64,000 nt of DNA from positions 24,760,193 to 24,824,192 of the forward strand of contig JAHRHZ010000019.1 of NCBI GenBank assembly GCA_024137785.1. The letters run 5' to 3'. Of this stretch, positions 1-12,599 are shown one piece after another. Source of the DNA: Ginglymostoma cirratum (Eukaryota). Position numbers and translations under genes: made by a program. Position 1 is the stretch's first letter. Each line of letters starts with the position of its first letter. The notes below the pieces were generated by a model. The model saw only the letters and a program-made list of their open reading frames with translations, was not told the origin of the DNA and ran no database searches.

Positions 1-105
1 CCCATTTCTGATGAAGGGTTTAGGCCCGAAACGTCAAGTTTTCCTGCTCCTATGATGCTGCTTGACCTGCTGTGTTCATCCAGCCCCATGCTTGTTATGT
101 TGGAT
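1..105 (+). mobile_element. Penelope-like element 3' terminus (cut by window edge)
   Basis: Same terminal sequence as follows the PLE GIY-YIG copy at 17759-17875. Confidence 0.8.
4..39 (+). ncRNA. Minimal type I hammerhead ribozyme motif
   Basis: attt-CTGATGA(8-14)-a-gggt ttag gccc-GAAA(28-31)-CGTC-aagt; all catalytic core bases present, palindromic ACGT helix III. Confidence 0.7.
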
Positions 106-299
106 TTCTATATGGCAGGAAGAAGTGGATTCCCTAATTCCCACAGCAAACTATCAACATCCAACCTGGCCGCCTTGTGCAATACCAAAAAAGGTTCGAC
201 ACTTCTCCAAAGCAGGGGAGGGAGAGAAAATCCTTTTCTTTCAACCAGTGAGAATGAGTTATAAGATCCACTGGGAGAAATTGCCAGTCATCTTTTTGG

Positions 300-540
300 G
301 CAGTACTTACTTAAGCCAGATAGAAACTGTAGAGCGGAGCATGTGATATTCATCTGATGACATTACTGCCTTCTTCAGGCCTACAGTATTAAATTAAAGA
401 AGAGCAGAATGATTCTTCTTTGTGTTCTGGCGAATAATTATCCCTTCCCTAACATGACTGAAGGGTAGATAATCTACAATTATTGTGGGATCTTTCTGCA
501 TTTGAATTGACTGTCCCATTTCCGACATGACAGTGGTTAC
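300..540 (+). mobile_element. Decayed Deu-domain SINE-like fragment
   Basis: Resembles relics at 21170-21480, 38370-38520, 42850-43230; family call from recalled consensus. Confidence 0.4.
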
Positions 541-572
541 CTTCTAACTATTTATCAATTATCTTTTTCTAG

Positions 573-649
573 GTCACTCAGAGAGGGCAATGCTTTACCA
601 TGAAGTAGAGGATGGGATGTATTCTATTACTCCTTATTATTTTGCAAAG
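573..649 (+). CDS. ABCG8: ABCG8 sterol transporter, internal exon (human exon 10 equivalent, 77 nt)
   Basis: AG 571-572, GT 650-651; translates (C)[25 protein letters not shown], matching ABCG8 TMD linker. Confidence 0.95.
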
Positions 650-829
650 GTAATTTTTCTAATCGTACTGACCGTGAAGAAATAGAAGTACAATAAATAT
701 TAAACTGTGAAAAAAATATACAAAAGTCTGTTGGGAAGTTATGACAAGAAAATAATTGGAGTACAGGAGTAAAGCTATCCCTAGAAAAGGAATGGTTGTC
801 ACTGAGAATCTGTACCATATACAAGTTAC

Positions 830-2345
830 GGAATTGTTACACTGCAGAAGGTAATCTTTTACCCATTGTTGACTGCATTGGCTGTCTGTATGAGCATTAC
901 AACTTAATGTTACTTTCCTGCTTTTTTTCTCCCATAGCCCTGAATATTGTTTCTATTTAAATAATCGTCCAATGGCCTCTTGAATACTGTCATTGAGACT
1001 CCCTCCACCACACTTCCAGGCAGTGGGGTTCTGCACCCTAACTACTTGCTGTGTCAAAAAGATCTTCTCACATTCACATTTGTTTCAAATTACCTTCTAC
1101 ATGTGCCCTCTCATTCTCAATCCTTTACAACTAAATACAGTTTCTTCCTATCTACTTTGTCCAGATCTCTCATGGTTTTGAAAATTTCTATCAAATCTCT
1201 TCTTTGCCTTCTCCTCTCTAAGGAAAGCAGCCCTAATTTCTCCCTCTTTCCTTAACTGTGGTTTCTCATTTAGGAACCATTCTTAGAGACCTCTTCTGCA
1301 GTCTCTCCAATGCAATCACATCCTTGTCCAGAACTGTACATAATACTCTAGCTGGTGTATAACTAGCCTCTCATACATGTACAGCAGAACCTCCTTGCTC
1401 TTGTTCCCATGTCCATATTAATAAAGCTTAGGATATTGTACGCTTTATTATATGCTCACTGCACCTGTCCTACCTGTTTCTGCTCTTTGTACACCCTTTT
1501 AGGGGAGTGTTTTATTTTAGACTGTATCTCCACGTTCTTCTTACCAAAATGTATTACCTCTTACTTTTCCACATTGACATCATCTGCAACTCCAGATACT
1601 GCGCTGCCCACTCCACCAACTGTCAATGTCATTCTGTGATTTTACATTGTCCTCCTCACACTTTATAACTTTTCCAAGTTTTGTATTTTCTGCAAACTTG
1701 TAGGTCGTCCCCTGTGCACTAATTGCTCAATCATTAACATATACCAGGAAAAGCAAGGGCCCAAAACTGACCCTGAGGGAAATCCACTATAAATCTTCCT
1801 CCAGGTCAAAAATTATCCACTAACTATGACTGTTTCCTGTCCATCGGTTAATTTTGCGTCCACATTACCACTGTCCTATTGCCTCCACAAGCTTGGAACT
1901 TGAAACTTACGTATGTTCTCATTAGTCTGTTGTGTGGCACTGAATTGAATGCCTTTTGGAAGTCCATGTGCATGTCCCATCAGTACCCTCATCAACCCTC
2001 TTTTATCTCTCCAAAAGAAACTCCAGCAAATCAGTTAAACTTGATTTTCCCCATAAGAAATTTGTGCTGGCCCTTCCTAATTAACCCACATTTTTCCTTG
2101 TGATTATTGATTCTGCCCTGAATATTTGTTTCAAGAGATTTCCTTACCACTGAAGTTAAACAGACTGATCTGTAATCACTGAGCTTATCCTGATAACATT
2201 TTTTGAACAAGGTGTGATATTTGCAATCTACCAGACCTCTAGCACCACCCGTGAGTCTAGGGAAAACTTAGAGGTTATTGCCAAAGCCATTGCAGTTTCC
2301 ACTCTTACTTCCTTCAATATCCTTGAATGCATCTCATCTGGCCAT
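830..2345 (-). mobile_element. Decayed CR1-clade LINE
   Basis: Reverse-strand similarity to RT/3' region of the other CR1 copies; many stops. Confidence 0.7.
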
Positions 2346-2364
2346 TGTGTTTTCAGAGACTTTG

Positions 2365-2745
2365 GTCACCCTGTTCTGCAGAGAAACCTGCATTAATCAG
2401 TTGGCAATAAAAAAATAGCTCCCAAAACCAATTTTTTTGACTGTGCCTAAAATGGAAAGGCGTTTGTGCCTACCTTGCACCGTTCTTCATTTCAAAAAGG
2501 CTAATCAAGTTTGCCAATCCCTGCTGCAATCCTCTGACCAATCAGAGTCTGTGAGGTCTGAGGTTAATCAGATAGCTCAGATTGACAGTTAACAGATCCA
2601 ATTGCATCTCCATATCAATCATGGTCTAACCAATCGGCACCCTCTTCTCATGCTCTTGGTTTGGTGTTCTCTTTCATTGTTTAGTTTCTTGTCAATCCTG
2701 ATGAATGAAAAGTGAAAAGCTTCAACTTTGTATTTCCTTTCAGCC
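2365..2745 (+). mobile_element. Old PLE-like 3' end with degenerate hammerhead motif (2698-2723)
   Basis: CTGATGA-atgaaaagt-GAAA-AGCTTC with palindromic AAGCTT; stem II eroded. Confidence 0.4.
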
Positions 2746-2840
2746 ACACTTAAGTTTGGATTTACCAAACAATCATTTATACTTAATTTCCGATCTCAAT
2801 TTGTCAATAACTAATTCGTATTTCCTTTCCTTTCCCATAG

Positions 2841-3108
2841 CTTTTGGGAGAACTCCCAGAACATTGTGCTTTTGTAATAATCTACGGTGTGCCAATCTAC
2901 TGGATAGCAGCTCTCAGACCCGAAGCTAGTCCGTTCCTTCTGAACTTTCTGTTGGTGTGGCTTGTGGTTTATTGCAGTAGAGTAATGGCTTTGTGGGTCT
3001 CAGCATTACTACCAACGCTGCAGTTATCTTCTTTTCTAGGAAACGTCTTTTTTACAATTTTCTACTTAACAGGAGGCTTTGTTATTAGTCTGAAGAATAT
3101 GTGGACAG
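2841..3108 (+). CDS. ABCG8: ABCG8 exon (exon 11 equivalent, 268 nt), transmembrane helices
   Basis: Polypyrimidine tract + AG 2839-2840, GTAAG at 3109; [21 protein letters not shown]...[12 protein letters not shown]; phase fits flanking exons. Confidence 0.97.
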
Positions 3109-3877
3109 GTAAGAAGTTTAAATTCAGCCACACAGTGCTGTGTGAGTAATTCTTTATTGCTTGTAATGTCATAATTCTCTTACTATGGACAAAGTTTACT
3201 GAAGGATGCAGCCCATGGTTCCATGCAACCATGCTTTGGTTTTCAGTTACATCCATTATGTTTCATTTGTTTGGTTGAAAATGTGGCCTGATTCAAAGTT
3301 TCTAATGTTGAAACATCCAATTAATCATCCCCCACCACCATCCTCTCTTGAAGGCATTGCCTCCTAAAATGTAGATAGTTTTAAATGTTATTTAATTTCA
3401 TGGCTTGTGCCTGCTAATTTGCTGTGCCTCTTTGGTTCGATTGATTGTATTCGTTGCTACAAATTGTGAGGGATAGGGATAAGAGGGAGTGAGACGGGGA
3501 AGAGAAAGGGCGTGGGGGCTGAGCACAGTAGAGAGTTAAGGTGTAAATGATAATGGAGATGTTCAATACGTAGCAAATGTTGATGTGGTAGGAGGCTTTT
3601 TCGGTGAATTCTCTGGGCCATGTTTAAATCTTTCCCTCACCACCTTCTCGATGGCTTGCAATTCGCAGAACTTTGTGTTTTTCCAATTCTGCTGTCTTGC
3701 ATCTGTTCCACTGTCTTCACCCCATTGACAGTGGCTGTAACTTGAGCCTATGTTCTAGAACTCCCTTTCTGAACTTTTCTGCCTGTCCTTTAAGACACTT
3801 GTTAAAACATGCCAAATTGACCAAGCTATTGGTCAAACCACTTAATGTCTACACCTTCACCTTGAAGTCATTAATTG

Positions 3878-4190
3878 TAGAATCCTTATAGTGCAGAAGA
3901 GGCCATTCAGCCCATCAAGTCTGCACCACCCCTCTGAAGAGCATCCAAACCATCTCCCCGTAATCCCGCATTTACCATAGCTAATCCACCTAGCCTGCAT
4001 ATCCCTGGACACTGTGGGACAATTTAGCATGGCTAATCCACCTAGCCTGTGCATCTTTGGATTGTGGGAGGAAACCAGAGCAAATGGCAGAAACCCATAC
4101 AAAACATGAGGAGAACACGCAAACTCCATACAGACTGTCTAGAATCGAACCCAGGTCCCCAGCACTAACCACTGAGCCGCTGTGCCAGCC
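3878..4190 (-). mobile_element. tRNA-derived HE1/V-SINE-like SINE
   Basis: A-box-like GGCTCAGTGG, B box GGTTCGATTC, central ggagtttgc..gggtttc..ttcctcccaca domain, CR1-like tail. Confidence 0.85.
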
Positions 4191-4574
4191 ATTATGTCTT
4201 GAGATTTTTTGTGTAATTCTGTAGCATCTTTAATGTAGTTGTTGATATTCACAGTTTCTTGCTTTGCATGCGTGTTATTTGCTATTAGCCCACCTTTTAA
4301 AAAATAATTAAAATTTAATAAATAACTTGCCGAGGTTTATTTTTATTTGGAATTATTTGTTCTTTCATGGTGCACCGTTACTTTCTATCCTATATGTTGA
4401 AATAGATGTTAATTCAGTTATCCCAATATTTATGTGCACTACTGCCTTTTGATTACCAGATCTTTTATATTCTTTGCACACCAGCTTACAATGATTTAGG
4501 GAAGTAATAGACAAGAAAAGCAATAAAAATAAATCTATTGAGTGGTAATTAGGAACATATTTTAAGATTATCTA

Positions 4575-5413
4575 AGATTGCAAAGGGACCTTGATCAATT
4601 GGGCCAATGGGCTAAGGAGTGGCAGATGGAGTTTAATTTGGATAAATGTGAGATGTTGCATTTTGATAAGACGAACAAGGGCAGGACTTAAACAGTTAAT
4701 GGTGAGGCCCTGCAGAGTGTTGTTGAACAGAAACACCTAGGGTTTCGGGTACATATTTCCTTGAAAGTTGCATGACAGACAGACAGGCAGGGTAGCTAAG
4801 AAAGCATTTAACATGTTTGCATTCATTGCTCAGAACGTTGAATATAGGAGTTGGGACGTCATGTTGTGGTTATACAAGATGTTGGTGAGGACATTTTTGG
4901 AGCATGTGTACAGTTCTGGTTGCCCTGCTATAGGAAGGATATCACTAAATTGGAGAAAGTTCAGTAAAGATTTATAAGGATGTTGCCAGGACTGGAGAGT
5001 TCGAGTTATAGGGAGAGGCTGGATAGGCGGGGACTTCTTAGAGGTTGACGGGTGACTTTATAAAGGTTTATAAAATCATGAGGGGCACAGATGAGGTGAA
5101 TAACAAAGGTCTTTTTCCCTAGGTTAAGGAAGTTTAAAACTAGAGGGTTTTTTGAAGGTGAGAGAAGAAAGATTTAAAAGGAACCCAAGTGGAAACTTTT
5201 TCGCACAGAGGGTGGTTCCTATGTGGAATGAACAGCCAGAGGAAGTGGTGGATGCAGGTACAGTTACAGCATTTAAAAGACAGGTACATGAATAGGAAAG
5301 GTTTGGAGGGATATGGGCCTTATGCAGGCAAATGGGACTAGTCTAGTTTGGGAACTTGGTCGGCATAGACAAATTGAACTGAAGGGTTTGTTTTTGCACT
5401 GTATGACTCTAGG
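4575..5413 (+). mobile_element. CR1 LINE 3' portion
   Basis: LDKCEMLHF and EYRSWDVMLWLYKMLVR RT C-terminal motifs; gactct tail. Confidence 0.9.
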
Positions 5414-6269
5414 AGTCTACAACTGAAAATTATACGTGCATTGCAGCTTGGTCAGAATCTAAGAGAAAGGCAATAAGTTTTAAGTGAGATCCTTCATCGA
5501 CACATTTTTGTTTTGATGCTGAGTTGTGCAATTTCTATTTTCAATTCCCAGCTTTTTCCTTTTTAGGTATAAATATCTCCTTCTATTTTGGCATCACTTA
5601 ATTTATTAGGATAGATGTCACAGAAGTTTTGTATTTAGTATTCTATTGAGTCTGTCTCAACTCAAGTATTGACACTTTTTTTACATTAGTCTACAGAATG
5701 ACGAGGATGGCACCAGATCAAATTGGGTTCAGCATAACAAACAAGCTGTATTCCATGAGTCATAATCTTAAGAACAATTGAATACTCATAATAGCGTTAC
5801 ACAGCACTGAGTGACTTCCTTATTTTCTACAATTTTGACAGATACTGCAAGATGACTGTTGTGAAAATAAAATTCATTTTAATGCTGTGGGTTTTTCTGT
5901 GCTGAAGGGAAAGTGATTACTTCAGAGTAACAGAAAATGTTTTATCCCAAGAATAAACTGCATGTTATAACATGATAAATTTGCAGCAATCATATTACGA
6001 TGATGAATCTTTCAAACAAGATATCATTAGACTTCAGCTATACACTTGATAGCATGGATATTAATTCAATTTAGCATGTTGTCTGCTGGCCATGGCCAGA
6101 GAAATAAATAAATACTAAATTACACCATCTTCATGTATGCCATGCAATATAAGTAATGAAAGTGGCTTCATGACACTATAATACAGTCCAAACCTTGAAA
6201 TCTTTCAGATTACTGATGTGGATTATTTTCAAGTGACAATCAATCAGATTTATATACAATGCTCTATAT

Positions 6270-7395
6270 AAGAGGTGCTAATGGTAGAGGACAAGAAGAC
6301 AGCTAATGTTGTTCCTATATAATGAAAGGGAAATTGAACAAAGCCTCAAAATTATAGATCTGTCAGCCTAACATTTCTGAAAGAAAAGATCCTGGAATCT
6401 ATTATGTCATAGATGAGTATCTAGAGATAGAAACTACAATAAAAATTAGCACAGTTTCTGAAAAGCTAAATAATATGTAACTAACCTCAAAAATTTTTTG
6501 AACAGGAAGAGAATACAAGGGTAACGCAATAGATGCCAAGTACTTGGATTTTCAAAATGTCTTTCAGAAGGTATCTCATGATTTGCTCATGACAAAAGTT
6601 AAGGCATGTCAAGTCTGGGGACAAATAGCTGAATAGAAAGCAAATGGACTGAAAATAAATGTAGGGAGTGGGAATAAATGGAGGTTATTCAGGTTGGAGG
6701 AAGGTAGAAAGTGATGTTATACAGTTATTTATCACTTTTATTTAATAATTTAGACTTTAGAATAATTAGATTAATGACATTTTACAGATGGGCTACAATT
6801 AACAGTAGGGGAAAATACATAAGCTATTGGAAAACTTGCAGACTGAGCAGTTAAGTAGCCTAGTTATTTTTTAACAAGTGAATATGTGGAATAGGACAAT
6901 GGCAAAATCACCTACAGCTTAGAAAATAAGAAAGTGAATGGTAGAGAAGAGAAAGGGATTGCAGGATACAGGTAAACAAAAGAGCATTGCAGGCTAGCAA
7001 AGCAATTAAAATTGTTCACAAAGCATTGAAATTTATTTTCAGGGCTATAGAATTCACAAGTAGAGAAGCTACATTAAACTTGCATAGGATCCTGGTCAGG
7101 CCCCACATGGAGTACTGGGCACAGTTTTAGTTACCTACTATTAAAAGGCTGCAGAAGCACTGACGAAAGTACAAAAAGTGATTAGACATACGGTACCTTA
7201 ATTTAGATATTTTGGAAAGGTTTGTGCTTTCACTTTTGGAAAAGAGAAGACTTAGATGGGGCTGGATAGTAGTTTTTAAAGTTATGAACAAGTTGATACG
7301 GGAGAGAATGTTTCCACTTTTGGGAAAATCCAATACAATGGATTATGAATGCAACATATTTACTAATAAATCCAAGGTGGAAAAATTCTTGGTTG
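6270..7395 (+). mobile_element. Highly decayed CR1 LINE
   Basis: ANVVPI, YLDFQ and SLLEKRRLRWG remnants. Confidence 0.75.
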
Positions 7396-8146
7396 ACAGT
7401 TTCAATTGCCTGGGCATGTCCTTCCGCCTTCAGGATGCACTGGAATTTTCAAAGTGAGGTTTTTGGGTGGGTTTGAAGCTGCGAACACACCTCTAGTGTT
7501 AAAGTCCTTGGGATGGAGACAACCAAGGGGTTTTTTTTTCAAATTGCAAACCACTGAACCCCACCAGTACGGTGCATGTTAATACACAGCTGTTAGACTC
7601 AATGTTGGGAATACAAAGGTAATTTGTTTGCTGAAACCATAACCAATAGGGGTTTTGTATGAGACTGGGTATAGTACTTTCAGTTGGACAGTTAATAACT
7701 GCTCTGCACATTGAGGCTGCTGATTCCTCTCTTCTGCGAGGAAGCAGCAGACTCAAGAATACAGCTTCCATATACCTGTAACAATCCTGATTTACAGGCA
7801 ACTCCCACCTCTTCAATTCTTTTATTTACTTAACCTGTTGAGACAAGTTTATTAACACTTTCATGGCAGGAGGCACTTGAACCTAGTCGTCTGGATTTAG
7901 TGACATTACGACTGAACCACAATATCTCCTAGAACTGACTAACTCCTTAATTGGGTCCTAAACACGCATCCAGCCCAACTAGCCTATTTATATTTGAAGA
8001 CAGTATCACATGAGCGACAGAGAAGTGGCACAGGGTCACGAGTGAGAAACTAACCCATCATTGTGTTCCCAACCTAGACTGAGTGGAGGAAAGGAGAAAA
8101 GGATTGAATTTGAGAATTAACTTCATGTTTTTGCATTTACTCACAG

Positions 8147-8274
8147 TTGCTTCCTGGTTTTCCAAGATCTCCTTCCTCCGTTGGGGTTTTGAAGGTCTGA
8201 TACAAGTTCAGTTCACAGGACACCTGTACTCGTTTACGATAGGGAATATCACCATTCCAGTGAAAGGCACAGAT
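8147..8274 (+). CDS. ABCG8: ABCG8 exon (exon 12 equivalent, 128 nt), extracellular loop with N-glycosylation sequon NIT
   Basis: CAG acceptor, GTAAGT donor at 8275; (V)ASWFSKISFLRWGFEGLIQVQFTGHLYSFTIGNITIPVKGTD. Confidence 0.96.
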
Positions 8275-9037
8275 GTAAGTAGGAGCTATGCTGAACTTAC
8301 ACTGAAACAATAAAAATTGTTGCTAATTAGAAAACAGAATTTCTGTATTAGAAATTTTTTAGCATTTGCATTTGATTAGGTATCATTTAAAAATATTTGT
8401 GGCAAAGACCATTGCATGTAGAACTAAAAGGAATATGTTTGCAAGGATAGACAGTTTGGAGCAGAAAAGAGAAAGGATACAGGTGAAAGGAACTTCCTTA
8501 CATTAAAAGGTTCTGGTGAGCTGCAGATCTGAATTAAGGTTGCTCATCGCCATAAATCATTTGGCAATATAATTGAGGGAATGACAACCTGTTTGATACA
8601 AAACCAAGTTGGCAAGGAAATATACTGTAGGAAGAGATGGATGTGTAGGTCGTACTTACAAATCAATGTAGCAACTAAACGAGTATACTTTGAAAGTAAG
8701 AATAACAGAAGAAAATAAATATACACAGATTTTAAACCAAGCACAAAGATCTTGGAGCTCAAATATATTAATTACTAACACAAGGTCATGTGAGTGAAGT
8801 CATGTAATAGTTTACAAACTGCACTTTCATTCCAATATCCATCCTTAACATTTATAGTGGAAACAACAGAGAATAGAGAGAAGTGTCAGCTTTTCAACCA
8901 GTATTGCCCTACAATGCAGATCTATACTTTGTGAGTATTCTGCAAATGTATCAGAGAGGTGCCCTGACTGTTAAGGTTTAAAATTTAAAACATGATCCAA
9001 TGACAGCTTGTAACTTCTATTTTTATGTATTTTCTAG

Positions 9038-9175
9038 ATAATTGAATCTATGGACATGAACTCAGAACCACTCTACATGTGTTACGCCATCTTGATAGCT
9101 ATTTGTTTTGGATTCCTGGTCCTCTATTATGTGTCTTTAAGGTTTGTCAAACAGAAATCAAATCAAGATTGGTAA
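9038..9175 (+). CDS. ABCG8: ABCG8 last coding exon
   Basis: TAG acceptor 9035-9037; [45 protein letters not shown] with TAA 9173-9175; resembles the human ending YYVSLRFIKQKPSQDW. Confidence 0.96.
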   Translation: MIESMDMNSEPLYMCYAILIAICFGFLVLYYVSLRFVKQKSNQDW

Positions 9176-9461
9176 AATACAGTTACCGCAGCTATTTCAG
9201 ACTCTCTATGTACACAAAGGAAAGCTATTTCAAATAATTCCAAGACTACTTATTTCCTTCACCCAGACAGTTGAGGCTGGATAGTGCTTTGAGATGGTAT
9301 ACATTATTACTTCTAACATTATCCATAATAGTGTAATAACGAGCTGGTGATCAAATGAAATAAGTTTTTTGAATTGATACTTTGAATGTCGCAGGAATTG
9401 ACAGCCTTCAGACCTCTCAACTGAATGGCTATACCTAATGTATATGTTTAGGCATTTTAAT

Positions 9462-10065
9462 TATTTCAAAAATACACCTTATTCATAAAAAAAACTATGT
9501 ATATACATAGTCACAGAGTTTGGTTCTGTACAGTAGCGTATCAAGGAAACAAAAACATTGGCATTTGACTGTATCCAACAAACAAAAAGACATCTCGTAC
9601 ACATACAAGACTATGTTTACATGCATTTGAGGCACCGGGAGGATCCGAGGATCAAATGGACCTCCATTTACCTTCAACAGGAAGACATCAGACAGTGGTC
9701 TTTCCCCACTGCACCTTGGCAGCAACTGCCCCAAGCTTTGGTCTATCTCTCAGCACGTAGTCCTGGCTCTTGGAATGTGCCAGTTTGAATGTTCATTCGG
9801 GGTCAACTCCTTGTTCTGGAAGACCAACAAACCAAAGGGTTTCTGGGCAAACCAGAGAGTGTCTTTCACCAAGCTAATGGTCCTCCAGGCATAGTCGATG
9901 TTTGTCTTGGTGTGTGTCCTGGGAAACAGGCCGTAGAGCACAGTCTTGTATTACGGAGCTGCTCTGGAAGAAGCTTGACAAAAACCTCTGCATCTTTCTC
10001 TATACTTCCTTTGCAAAGGCATATTCCAGAAGATGTGTGACAGTCTCTATCCTCCACCCCGCACC
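9462..10065 (-). mobile_element. Tx1/L1-clade LINE 3' fragment
   Basis: Minus-strand LYGLFPRTHTKTNIDYAWRTISLVKDTLWFA resembles the ORF2 C-terminus, followed by a 3' UTR. Confidence 0.75.
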
Positions 10066-10084
10066 CCTACCCCTGGCCCACAGC

Positions 10085-10230
10085 TTTTTCTTTTCAAAAG
10101 TTTACTTTATTCATAAAAAAACTTTGTACATATACACAGTCACAAATGCAGTTTGGTTCTGTACAGTAGCATGTCAAAGAAGCAAACAAACATTGGAGTT
10201 TAACACTATCCAAAAAACCAAAGACCTCTC
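10085..10230 (-). mobile_element. Second, shorter 3' end of the same Tx1/L1-like family
   Basis: Aligns by eye with 9464-9595 (ttattcataaaaaaa...gtttggttctgtacagtagc...acattgg). Confidence 0.8.
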
Positions 10231-10237
10231 TTCCTAA

Positions 10238-10296
10238 CACTCACTCACTCACCCACTCTCACCCACTCACCCACTCACTCACTCACTCACTCACTC
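10238..10296. repeat. Imperfect (CACT)n microsatellite
   Basis: cactcactcactcacccactctcacccactcac... seen directly. Confidence 0.9.
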
Positions 10297-10582
10297 CTGC
10301 CTAGACAGTGAACAATGGTAGACTGTTCTATCTCTGATAACATCACAGCCAAGCCTGGTCATTTTTAATATCCACGCTATACCTTTCGGTAAATGTAACA
10401 TCACTTGCTCAACTGTAATCAAATATGACATCGCTTCAGAACTTGAGCCTGGTCTTTCAAGATTTGGAATCCTCTCTCCCAAATGACTGGATACTGGGTT
10501 GAGTGACAGACACTCATAATGGAGCTCAGATAATGATATCAGAGAGATATGGTGCTAAGGTTGCTAAATAGTGTTTTGAGTA

Positions 10583-11026
10583 AATAAAATTCTGCCATTA
10601 ATTAGTTGAATGTTAGAACAGTCCTGAAGGGTTTAATGGCCTTCTTTCATCCTTTCTTTGGATGGAGTTTCTTGGTCTGCATGGCAAGTTCTACAGTAGG
10701 CCCTGTGCACATGAACTGAGCCATCTGGGATGCACACACAAAGATAGTCAACTTGACTGTGAATGGAGTATGTTTGGGTATCAGGTGGATTTCTGCAGTT
10801 TTGCATTCTCAGCAAAGAAAGCAATTAGAGTTGCTTTTTCTTCTAACATAATTGTTTGACACCAGACTCACACATTATAATAAATATTATAATATTATAA
10901 TGTGTTTCTTTATTCTGTTAAGTTTGGTGTATGATGAAATGTTTAACATTGATTAAATAAATATTGCCTGATTATGTAAAAGGAACATCACGTTGTATTT
11001 AGAATTTAAATTTGGTATGGAATAAA
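10583..11026 (+). promoter_or_regulatory. Candidate ABCG8 polyadenylation signals
   Basis: First AATAAA hexamers after the stop at 10583, 10879, 10956, 11021; usage unknown. Confidence 0.4.
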
Positions 11027-11463
11027 CTTCAAGGCATGTTGATTGCTTTTTACTACGGTTTCCCCAGGATGTTCTTAAGATCTTATTGCAAGCAATTCAG
11101 TTAAAATATAAAAATTAATTAAAATATTCGTAATTGACAAAAAAAATTGTGATGGACGAATAGGGATATTGATTAATTGGGAATTGGAACACAATTTAAA
11201 ACATAGAATGGCAGTAGCAAGCACATGTTCCCTCAACTATGACCAACAATGTGCTGCCACTTTAAAAATTGAACAGCAATTATTTGGGATTGGAACTATA
11301 GCAATTTGAATACCAACCATCAATAAGCTCCCTAAAAGAAAAGACTAAATTAATAACATAGTTGCCCCTTGAGTTAGGCATTTTGGTAACTGATTGGGGG
11401 CTGTTGGAACACACTGTATGTCAGGATTCATCAGTCTGGGAAGAGCTGCCATTTACAGAAGAA

Positions 11464-11479
11464 CCAGCAGATGGCAGCA
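11464..11479 (+). promoter_or_regulatory. CTCF core motif match
   Basis: CCAGCAGATGGCAGCA fits CCASYAGRKGGCRS-type consensus. Confidence 0.5.
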
Positions 11480-12599
11480 AAGTATCACCTAATAATCTCT
11501 TTGTAGAATCATACAACTTCAGTCAGTAGAAGACTATTTTGTTGCTGAATATCCGTTGTTTATTTGCAACATAATTTTTTTCAGTAACAAGACACATGAC
11601 AAAAATTAAAATAATAATTTCCTATCTTCCTCCCAGTTAACCAGCATGCCCACTTCACCATTTAAACGATTTGCAGAAATTTTACATCAGGGAACTAATG
11701 CGTACTTTGTTTTAAAAACGGTGTTCAAAACATCTTTGAGCAGTATATTGGTCCTATAAGAGTTGTATTGCTGCTGGTAGCAGAGGATATGTCTATCCAT
11801 TGACTGTCACTCTGAGATAGCTAATTGGCCGAGAGGCTAAAAAGATGCTGATTCTACTTTGTAACATTGCTGTTAAATTTCTCTGAATAGAAATAACTCA
11901 GTGAAAAGCTTCAGGATGTAAAAATACTGTCTCCACACAGACAAATCTAAAACAAAACTGAAGAAAAACTTTACAATTTCAAATCCAAATGATTTTGAGA
12001 GATTCTTTCAGGAGTAGAGTAAGCTATTCAATCCACTGAGCCTGCTATGCTTTTTTAGATCATGGCTGAACATCAACTCAATGCCACTTTTCTGCTTATT
12101 CCCTTAATGTCAGCAATCTCCAGAAACCTATTGCTTTCTGTTTTGAACATGCTGAATGAGCTAGTACAATCATCTGGTCAAATTACACCTCCATTTTATT
12201 GTTGAGAAGGAAGGAACACATTGAAGCATTGGTGCCACACAAGGGTTGGAATTATGTGGAAATACTTGAGAAACTTCACTGGGGTGGTGGGGAAACAGAC
12301 ATATATGCCCCAGCTCACTTATTAATTTTTGGACTCATTTTATGTCCCTGCTTTCTCCCAGCCCAGCCCAAATCCACACAACAGAACTGTTTCCAATCGG
12401 TGGCTGTAAGGATGTTTATTTAGGGTCAAAAACTCCTGCTGTTGGCCTTCTTGTGACTAAACAGGCAAATTTTTGGGAAAATGCAGCAGCTTGTCCCATA
12501 CAATGGTGGGATCCAGAGAGCAAGATGTGCTTCTTTTTCAGCTGATATACTGCTACATCATTAAGACTATAGATTGAAATGCAAACAGGATGGCACTTG

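Noticed and set aside
4130-4190. tRNA gene (A/B boxes)
   Set aside because: Internally deleted SINE head followed by SINE body; no cloverleaf
10870-10905. AT-rich inverted repeat
   Set aside because: Low-complexity tattataa units; expected by slippage
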